IMG/VR virus record: IMGVR_UViG_3300030433_002105
Location: 1-29,249 of that record
Strand: one strand, 5' to 3'
Source of the DNA: a virus
Taxonomy: Duplodnaviria; Caudoviricetes
Length of the DNA stretch: 29,249 nucleotides
A program made the position numbers and the translations under genes. Shown piece by piece: positions 18,612 through 26,700 of the stretch; positions within the stretch are counted from its first letter, which is position 1, and every line of letters starts with the position of its first letter. The notes beneath the pieces were generated by a model that worked only from the letters and a program-made list of their open reading frames with translations, had not been told where the DNA came from and made no database searches.

Positions 18612-19025
18612 ATGACAGAATACGAATACATCATGCATGAACCAATAACCGCCGAAGAGTTGGCGATGATGAATGACGACGACATCGCGAAAGAAGTATC
18701 ATTTTGCACATGTTGTTCACCGTTTGACATTGCGACTTCGGTGCTGAAAGCGAAGAAAAAGAGCAAACCATTCCACGGTTACAACAAAAATAAACATAGT
18801 CGTAAAGGCGGTTTGAGCGCAAAAGGTCGCGCACATTTCAAACGCACGCAAGGCTCAAACCTCAAGCGACCTGTCACTAAAAAACCAAGTAAACTCAAGC
18901 GCGGTGGAAAAGCCGCGAAAAGGCGCAAGTCGTTTTGCGCGAGAATGAGTGGTGTAAAAGGACCGACCAGCAAGGGCGGTAAACTCACTCCCAAAGGAGC
19001 GGCACTAAAGAGGTGGAATTGTTGA
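18612..19025 (+). CDS. Protein with an acidic N-terminal leader and a basic GGL...RRKSFCARM...RWNC domain, resembling DUF6321-type phage proteins
   Basis: AGGTGAT RBS and the characteristic SFCARM motif. The family name is from memory. Confidence 0.8.
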   Translation: MTEYEYIMHEPITAEELAMMNDDDIAKEVSFCTCCSPFDIATSVLKAKKKSKPFHGYNKNKHSRKGGLSAKGRAHFKRTQGSNLKRPVTKKPSKLKRGGKAAKRRKSFCARMSGVKGPTSKGGKLTPKGAALKRWNC

Positions 19026-19252
19026 AGCCAATAAACGAAGCATGGAAATTATTGAAAGAAGAAAAAGACAATGATGAAGAAGCGAAGAAAAAACTCATCG
19101 CTTGTTTGAAAAGAGAAGGCGGCGCGGCATCTTTAGAAGATTGTTGCAAAGCGTGTGATAGGTCAAAAGCCGAGTGTAAGAAACTTATTGACAGCATGGA
19201 TAATGTCAAAATCTCTCCACACGGCGATGTCATTTTGATGGACGGCTTGTGA
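19022..19252 (+). CDS. Small protein, possibly a winged-helix fold
   Basis: GAGGTGG RBS then TTG (19019 or 19022). Three predicted helices followed by a VKISPHGDVIL hairpin. Confidence 0.7.
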   Translation: MKPINEAWKLLKEEKDNDEEAKKKLIACLKREGGAASLEDCCKACDRSKAECKKLIDSMDNVKISPHGDVILMDGL

Positions 19253-19253
19253 G

Positions 19254-19394
19254 ATGATTTACAAGGGCTGTTGTTATTCTGTTGATACGGCGTATCCGTT
19301 TGGATGGTGCCGAGACTGCTGGATAGCAAACGGTAGCCCTCAACCGGTAGGTGGCGGTTTTGTTGACCCAGTGGTGATGAGTGTTGAAGATTGA
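19254..19394 (+). CDS. 46-aa Cys-rich microprotein not in the ORF track
   Basis: My translation is MIYKGCCYSVDTAYPFGWCRDCWIANGSPQPVGGGFVDPVVMSVED*. It fills the only gap in the operon, starts 1 nt after the previous stop and overlaps the next start. Confidence 0.6.
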   Translation: MIYKGCCYSVDTAYPFGWCRDCWIANGSPQPVGGGFVDPVVMSVED

Positions 19395-20775
19395 TTTATC
19401 CGATGAAACAGCATTCATTGACATGATATTGAAGAACACCATTCGTGGTGCTTCAATGGGTGATGGACCACAGCCAATCAGTCAAGGACAAGGCGAAGCA
19501 AACGCAAACCCTGTTCCACCTCCACCCAATGAAGTTGAAGAAGAAGAGAAGAAAAAAGAAATGGCGCGCGAAGTTGCTCAACAACTCAAGCGTTCACTTC
19601 CCGATGGAGGTTGGTTTCAATCCATGTTCGGTCGCGGTGCTGGTGATTTAGTCAAAGACTTGAGAATGGCGCGTCGTGAACATAAGGATATGCGTGAGGC
19701 TATTGATTACGCTATTGATGCTATCCGTATCGCCAAAAAGCAAGAGGTTGAAGCCACCCTTCAATCAATTGATTGGATTGGAAAGCATGAACCAACGGTG
19801 CGTAATTTAGGAATAAGTGAACGAGATTTACAAGCATTGCGCAAACATGGAATTACGCGTGAATACGCACTGCGTCGCGCATGTGTTCAATGGGAAAAAG
19901 CCAATGATACCATCAGTAAACTATTGTCTATCAACGGCGACTTTAATGACGAACAACGACAAATGTGGATTGATGCTCAACAAGTCAAAAAGAACGCTAA
20001 AAAAGAATGGCGCAACACTTTGCATTCAATTGACAACATCAAGAAAACAGACGCTATTTTTTTGACAAAAGCCGCATCCATACTTGAAGAGCGTGGTCCT
20101 TTACCCGCGAATGAAATATTTGCCACAATGAGTAAGACAAAATCTTTGTCAACAAGTCAATTAAGCGCGCTTTTCAAAATGTATGGTGTTGATTATGACA
20201 TTGAGAAAGTCGGTGCTTCATGGGGTATAGTTCGCGACGATACAGTGATTTTCAAAGATGTTTGGGCTTACGCCGCTGGATTCCTTGATGCTGACGGATA
20301 TATCACAATCACAAAGCGTCTTGAGCCGCGAGCAGGTTTTATTGCCACAGGTGAAAGAGGTAAAATGCATTGTGAACAATTGCACAAGGCTCTTGGTTGT
20401 GGTGTGCTTCAAACAGATTTGAAGATACACAAGAATAGCAGACGCACTCAACACCGCCTTCAATTTTACAGTGAGAACGACTTGCGAAAACTGATGAAAG
20501 GATTGCGCCCCCATCTTCGGATGAAAAAAGGTCAAGCGGGTGCAGTGCTTGAATTGCTTGATTTGCGCGGTCGTAAAACTGACATTATCAAATCACGACG
20601 CGACGAATTGTATCGCATAGTCAAATGGTTGAACTGGAAGGATGTTCCCGACAAAAGAGAAGAGTTGCTTAAAGAGTGGAACATTGATGAAGCCGGACTT
20701 CATGCGATGTTCAGTCGGGATGGTGAAACCCTTCGTCTTCTTGACGACGCTAACCGACTTGTGGAGATGATATGA
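19381..20775 (+). CDS. Multidomain protein with an N-terminal helical region, a wHTH-like segment and a C-terminal single-motif LAGLIDADG endonuclease-like domain
   Basis: WAYAAGFLDADGYITI at 20263-20310, then LHKALGCG, a beta-strand region and LRPHLRMKKGQA, typical of LAGLIDADG domains. GGTGAT RBS. Confidence 0.85.
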   Translation: MLKIDLSDETAFIDMILKNTIRGASMGDGPQPISQGQGEANANPVPPPPNEVEEEEKKKEMAREVAQQLKRSLPDGGWFQSMFGRGAGDLVKDLRMARREHKDMREAIDYAIDAIRIAKKQEVEATLQSIDWIGKHEPTVRNLGISERDLQALRKHGITREYALRRACVQWEKANDTISKLLSINGDFNDEQRQMWIDAQQVKKNAKKEWRNTLHSIDNIKKTDAIFLTKAASILEERGPLPANEIFATMSKTKSLSTSQLSALFKMYGVDYDIEKVGASWGIVRDDTVIFKDVWAYAAGFLDADGYITITKRLEPRAGFIATGERGKMHCEQLHKALGCGVLQTDLKIHKNSRRTQHRLQFYSENDLRKLMKGLRPHLRMKKGQAGAVLELLDLRGRKTDIIKSRRDELYRIVKWLNWKDVPDKREELLKEWNIDEAGLHAMFSRDGETLRLLDDANRLVEMI

Positions 20776-22622
20776 TGGCCGAAGAAAAAGGACTGGTAGG
20801 GCGTTTTTTGTCAAGGTTGACAAAACCGTTCAACCGGCGAACAACACCCGAACCGATGATGCCCTTATGGAAAACGGGTATCCAAGAACCAGTTCTTGTT
20901 CAAGGTGTTTCAATTCCCGCGCTTTACGCTACTGTTCAAGAATCCATAATTTTGCGCACCACAATCAATACCCTGTGTCAAGAAATATTTCGTCGCGGCT
21001 ATTACTGGGAGAAAAAGTTTCACAAGAAATGCACCAATTGTGAGGAAGAATATCAACACGACACCGTAAGTCAATGTCGTATTTGCGGTAATGAAGAGTT
21101 TGAAAGCCCCGATGCCGACCAAATATTATACCCGCGCTGGTTGTTGAAACAGCGCAATAGCATGGACCAATCATTCATTGAAGTGATGAAAGAGATTGAA
21201 TGGGACTTGGATATTGTTGATGATGCTTTTTTGTTGCTCATCAAAGAATATTTCATTGACCCCAAGAGTGGTGAAATTGAGTTCTTCCGCGTCAAAGAAT
21301 TAGTTCGCGGCGACCCCACATTCATGCGAATTGTTGCTGACAAGGCAGGTAAACGCGGAGGCCGATACCTCATGTGTCCTGTTCATCGCGATAAGACATA
21401 CCCACACAACGGCGACCATAGCAAATGCGATGTAGCCGGTTGCGGTCTGCCTTTACAAGATGTTCATTACATCAATACAGCCGGTAGTGGTAAAACGCAA
21501 TATTACATTGACGGTGAAGTGTTGCATCTATCCAAGTTCAATCCATCAAAATTGTATGGTCGTTCACCAGTCGCCAGTATGTGGAGGCAAGCGCAATCGC
21601 TTACAGCAATGGACAATTACATTTACCTCGCGTATCAAAAGAGGCGCATACCGCGTGGTGTTCTCGCTATCACCACAGATAATATTCAGTCAACAGCGTC
21701 GTTTTGGAAGGGTGCCGAAGAAAAAATGGAGCGCGACCCTCATTACATCCCCAAAGTTGGCGTTGAGTCCTCATCCGGTCGCGGTAAAGTTGAGTTTGTT
21801 CGCTTCATGGATAGTCTTGATGAAATGCAATACGCGCAAGTTCGTGATGAGATACGAATGCGCATCGCGGCCTTCTATGGTGTATCCAATGTTTTCATGA
21901 TGGACGCTGGTAAGTCGGGTGGTTTGAACAACGAAGGTATGCAAATCCTCGTTACCAACCGAGCGGTTGAGTCCGGTCAAAAGTTGTATTCACGCGAATT
22001 ATTCCCACGGATGCTTGATGAGATGGGCGTTGAAGATTGGTGTTTGACACTGTATCCAAACGAAGAAGAAGATGAAATTACACGACTTCGCCGCGATGAG
22101 CAAGAAGTCAACATCGCACAGCGTATGCAAGCACTTGGGTTCCAACCCGAATTGACCGAAGATGCAGGTCGCGATATACGCTTCGTTTACAAGAAACCGG
22201 ACCCGGAAGAAGCCGCTATGCAACAGCAAGGCGGCGCACCGGGCGGTATGCCACCGGGCGGTATGCCACCGGGCGGTATGCCGATGGGTATGGCTCCACC
22301 TATGCCGCCGGGGGGCGGTTTACCTCCACAGGGTGGGGGTCCGATGATGCCACCGGGGGCAGGGGCTTCGCCACCGGGCGGGGGAGGACCCCCACCGGGA
22401 GGCGCGCCAATCATGATGATGGAGAAAGCGATAGGTTTGGGTGAAAGCACTGGACAACGCGACCGCGGACCTGCACCTATCAGTTCCGAAACCCATCAAT
22501 CGGGCGCACCATCAACAAAAAAGAATCAGCGCGGTAAAGACAAAACTCCGTTAGAACAAGCACTGGACAGCGTTCAAGCCGCGAAAGACCCGACATCAAA
22601 ACAAAAAGACAGTGGCTTTTGA
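20772..22622 (+). CDS. Portal protein with two inserted Cys-rich ribbons and a Pro/Gly/Met-rich tail
   Basis: Portal-like motifs DLDIVDDAFL, EVLHLSK...LYGRSPV, IPRGVL and IAAFYGVS. It lies downstream of terL. Confidence 0.85.
   Translation: MMAEEKGLVGRFLSRLTKPFNRRTTPEPMMPLWKTGIQEPVLVQGVSIPALYATVQESIILRTTINTLCQEIFRRGYYWEKKFHKKCTNCEEEYQHDTVSQCRICGNEEFESPDADQILYPRWLLKQRNSMDQSFIEVMKEIEWDLDIVDDAFLLLIKEYFIDPKSGEIEFFRVKELVRGDPTFMRIVADKAGKRGGRYLMCPVHRDKTYPHNGDHSKCDVAGCGLPLQDVHYINTAGSGKTQYYIDGEVLHLSKFNPSKLYGRSPVASMWRQAQSLTAMDNYIYLAYQKRRIPRGVLAITTDNIQSTASFWKGAEEKMERDPHYIPKVGVESSSGRGKVEFVRFMDSLDEMQYAQVRDEIRMRIAAFYGVSNVFMMDAGKSGGLNNEGMQILVTNRAVESGQKLYSRELFPRMLDEMGVEDWCLTLYPNEEEDEITRLRRDEQEVNIAQRMQALGFQPELTEDAGRDIRFVYKKPDPEEAAMQQQGGAPGGMPPGGMPPGGMPMGMAPPMPPGGGLPPQGGGPMMPPGAGASPPGGGGPPPGGAPIMMMEKAIGLGESTGQRDRGPAPISSETHQSGAPSTKKNQRGKDKTPLEQALDSVQAAKDPTSKQKDSGF
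22236..22280 (+). repeat. 15-nt coding tandem repeat x3 encoding [A/P]PGGM
   Basis: (g/c)caccgggcggtatg at 22236, 22251 and 22266. Confidence 0.9.
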
Positions 22623-22627
22623 GTGGG

Positions 22628-22663
22628 GATAACTTAAAGGCATAGCCGCGCCTCGTCAAACGC
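22628..22663 (+). promoter_or_regulatory. Putative archaeal TATA-like promoter for a leaderless transcript
   Basis: CTTAAAGG at 22633, 31 nt before ATG 22664, which lacks an RBS. It resembles CTTCAAGG at 463, 33 nt before ATG 496. Confidence 0.5.
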
Positions 22664-23002
22664 ATGAGCCTACTTGCAAAGATGGACCCGATGGTTCGTA
22701 AATTAGAAACTGCAATGTCCGAGTTCAAGGTCGCGCTGGCAAACAACGACCTTGTTTCGGCTGAACAATTCTTGAGAAGCATTCAATCAACAAGCGATTA
22801 TCTTGCTGACGATGTAACCGCGATTTACAAGTCTCAAAATGGTGGAGACAAAGTGTTGGGTGTGAATGACACATTCGCGGGTGGCTTCCCTGTTGCTCAA
22901 TTTAACAGCACTCAAGGAGTTATCGCGAAGGGTGAGAGGCCAATGGGCTACATTGGACCGGACCGCATTGGTTCACACTTCAAGAAGCAAGGACAGGTGT
23001 GA
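22664..23002 (+). CDS. Hypothetical protein (112 aa)
   Basis: Helical-hairpin-like N-terminal half. First gene of a tightly overlapping run. Confidence 0.8.
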   Translation: MSLLAKMDPMVRKLETAMSEFKVALANNDLVSAEQFLRSIQSTSDYLADDVTAIYKSQNGGDKVLGVNDTFAGGFPVAQFNSTQGVIAKGERPMGYIGPDRIGSHFKKQGQV

Positions 23003-23352
23003 GTGTGTCCGACGAGTCTGCTGACGCTATGACGCTGATGAAGGCTCTCATCAGCAAAATGGAGAGCATGGATGCTGAAATACACGCTATGCGAAAAAGC
23101 ATGGACACTCCCGAACTACTACTCAAGCGCGCTGGTTTTGTTCGCGCAAACACACCAGCAAACGAAGATGTGTGGGGCGACCCACTACGCGGCGACAGAA
23201 ATGATGTCATCAGCAAAGCCGCCGCCGCGATTGATGACGCAGGTATGAGTATGCCGGAATCAAATGAAGCATGGCATGAAATGTCATGGGAAGAAATACA
23301 CGCGATGGCTGACACAGCCGCGCAAGCAGAAGGAAGGAGGATTGACCAATGA
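22999..23352 (+). CDS. Hypothetical acidic protein with an N-terminal coiled coil, possibly scaffold-like
   Basis: AGGTG RBS with GTG at 22999 or 23005. LMKALISKMESMDAEIHAMRK and C-terminal SWEEIHAMA. Confidence 0.8.
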   Translation: MSVSDESADAMTLMKALISKMESMDAEIHAMRKSMDTPELLLKRAGFVRANTPANEDVWGDPLRGDRNDVISKAAAAIDDAGMSMPESNEAWHEMSWEEIHAMADTAAQAEGRRIDQ

Positions 23353-23699
23353 AACCAATGAAAGTTGAAGCAGGTGAACATGCACCCGATGTTGAAGCAT
23401 TGCTCAAGCAAGCAAACGAATTGATGGAAAAAGCGGAGAATGAAACCAAGAAGTTTGGTTCGGAACACGCTGATTTATTTTCCGAGGTAACAGGAGTTGA
23501 ACCTGTCAAGACTGGATATTACGACACCAACCAACGACGCATAGAGGTCAAGGATGTCCCCAAGAAGAAACCAAAGACGGAGAAAGTCAATTTGACCCCT
23601 ATCGGTTATCCTTATCCACTTGAGGCACGCGAGAACAAGAAGGGCGACCCTTCGGATAAAAACCCCGAATCAGCATACAACCTCACAGACTATCTATGA
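23349..23699 (+). CDS. Hypothetical protein (116 aa)
   Basis: GGAGG RBS and ATGA overlap with the upstream gene. Confidence 0.8.
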   Translation: MKPMKVEAGEHAPDVEALLKQANELMEKAENETKKFGSEHADLFSEVTGVEPVKTGYYDTNQRRIEVKDVPKKKPKTEKVNLTPIGYPYPLEARENKKGDPSDKNPESAYNLTDYL

Positions 23700-23710
23700 G
23701 GTGATGAAGT

Positions 23711-26700
23711 GTGCGCGAAGATGCTTTGCAATACCATCAGCGTGTTGTAAACGAGTTTGCGCAAGCAGTCATCAACAAAGAAGATGCTCGCGATGAAGCA
23801 GTCAATGTCTTGTTAAGCGCAAACAACTTGGAGAATCAAGGATACTCCAATGTCATCTTCAAAAAAGAAGCAGAAGATGTCCTCAAACCTCTCCTTGAAA
23901 TCAAGAACCCATCCGACAAAGGGATGGAGAGGATATTTTCGGCTAAGACCACACGCCATGAACCTGCGCCTGTTCGTCATCACAAGAGTCGTCGTTTGTT
24001 TGACGATAAGATGTGGACCGATGCGATGGCAACTGACAATCAAGATGAGATTGACAGGATGGTAAGAAAGTTCATTGCTCGCCGATTCAATGACACCATA
24101 CCCGATATTGCCGGTCGCGGGGTTGATGGTGTTGTTGGTAAACACTCTAAGTTCAAAGCGTTAAACCTTCACCCTCCGCGCAAAGGTCAAATTGCATTTG
24201 GTGAGAAACCTTTGTGGCAACACTTGATGAAGTATTTGCACAGCGATGGCGGCAAAAACGCAGAACGCTTGCATAAAGCGATGGTTGATGTCGCTAACAA
24301 AATGCATCCTGTTCTTAAACAACCTCATCTTTTCAGCAATTGGAGAGGCAACAACGCTACCGTCATGAAGATATACAAGCGCGGCAAGGATGATTTTATC
24401 AAAGCGTTTGGTGAAAGATACGGTCAAGACCATCCGCTTCTTTCTCATCCACTGCTTGATGAGTTTTTCATACGACACAAACATTGGGAAAATGAAGGGA
24501 TACCTCGCGATGAAGTGTTTGATATTCTTTACGAAAGTAATGGGATGCCAACTCAAGAGGGTAAAGGGCAATCACCTGTTGAGTTGTTGCGCGAATTAGC
24601 AGATACATACAACGACACAAGGAGAAGACCGAAGGAAGGCGAAGCAAACTTTGGTCGCGTTGGTGATGATGCACACCGACTCGGCATCTCTATGCTCCCT
24701 TATGATGACATTTACCGTATCAAGCGATGGATGCTGGAAACAAGCGGTGGTATGAATGAAGACGGGACAGTTGGTAATGACAAGATTATCAACGACATAC
24801 TCGGACCGGATGCGCGAGGTTTCATGGCTCATCATGCTTACATGATAGACAATTTGCTAAACACGCTACACGCTGGCGGTGCTGAAAGAAACGGTATGAG
24901 TCATGTAATTCCTAATCGCTTCTTGGGTAAAACGATGGAAGAAGTTACGCGCGATATAACAAAAAGGCACCAAGTGGTAAGACAAAAATTACAAGACGGT
25001 CGTTGGTCAACACTTGGTGATGATGCGTTACAAAATGCTTTGGAGGGTTTTGACTTTAATCAAAAAGTCAAGGAATATGTGCAAAAGAATCCTAACACCG
25101 AGGTAATTGACGACGACGACAACCCGATTTATCCACACATTGACCACAGTGAATATGGCGATTTCATTTACATGAGTTCGGAATTGCCGGATTTGCGACA
25201 ACTGACTGCTCGCGGTTTCTTCCAAAAAGAGGAATTAGATGACCTCATTGAGCGCGGTGTGATTGCTTACGGCTCAAAGGAATACAGCGATATGCTTCGG
25301 CAATCAGTCGCGGACTACACTCATACCCATAATATCGCTGATGAGTTTGATATGCTTGATGAGCCAACCGTTCATCAAACGCCTCTTGGTATTTTGATGG
25401 AGGGTGTTGGTAGCAGAAGAGGTAATGCAAACGGTGAATCGGGTGATTTTGGTGTTGCTTTAGATACAGCAATGCCAAACATGATTCGCGTTCCTTTACC
25501 AACAACATCATTCATGATGCCAGCGAGAGGTGAAAGAGAGGCTTCCGGTAGCCAAAGAACCGTTGAACAACAAGATGTGTTTGACCCGAAGAAAGAAACT
25601 GATGGTCAACTAAGACAAGATTTGTCCAATACCTTACAACGCTACGGCATTGAGGATGAAGAAAAATACTTGGGTATGTTTGACAACGGTGAAGTGGTTA
25701 GTCTCAATGTTCCGCGCAGGGAGATGGCTACCCAAGATGTGGCGGAAGGCATCATCAATCCATACACAGCCGAACGAAACCCCGACTCTTTAGCAAGCCC
25801 TCGCGGTCAAATAGAACAATTCGTGGAGGGTATGCCATCACCTATGTCAATCGCTACAAAAGGTCTTCATTCATTTTACATGGCCCACAGTAACGACCTC
25901 GGTATCAGTATGCAAGACCATAATGGTTTTTTCAGTCTTGACGGGATACCAGCAAGAAGCACAGAAACAGCGTTGAAGACTCCGATGTATTCAACACGCA
26001 AAGCGCGAATTGGTTCTCAAGCGAACAACCGAAGAACTTTGTTTAACAGGATGCAACTACCCGGCGACCATCAAGGCAGTGTTGCGCGACAGTTCGGCAT
26101 AACGAAGGATGATTATTCTAACGAGGACAAACTGTTGATAGACGCGTTTTTGCTTGGTATTCACCACCCATTGCATGAACACGACGACGATTCACTCGCG
26201 CTTTTCAATGCATTGATGGATGCGAATAAAGGAGAAAGAATGGACATCATCAAAAATGGCATACACAAAGACATCATTGGTAGTGGTGGCAGAACTGGTG
26301 AAGACATGTTAAGAGAATTGTTGCAAGATGTTAGCGAGCCAACACACCACGCAATATACCACAAAGAGGATTACGATGACCACATGGCTAAACTGGTCAA
26401 CTTTAACGAACCATACGAACTACCGGAAGCGCAAATAAAAGGCATAAAATCGCGCGGAAGGCTGATTCAATCAATCAAAGAACTTGACCAACAATATCGT
26501 CGCGCATTTGAAGACGGTGATGATGCGAAGAAAGACGAGTTGCACAGACGCATTGAAACATTGTTAGACAGCGAAGATAGTGTTGTGGGCTATCGTGAAC
26601 ACGAAGATGGATTATCAGCCCTTGTCGTCGGTCCAACTCCTTCTTATCTTGCTTCTCAACACTATGCTATGCTTGGTAATGCGTTGCAGAAGGCGCGTAA

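Noticed and set aside
19381-20775. Intein or group I intron carrying the LAGLIDADG domain
   Set aside because: There is no intein N-terminal Cys/Ser block or C-terminal His-Asn, and terL and the portal gene both appear uninterrupted.
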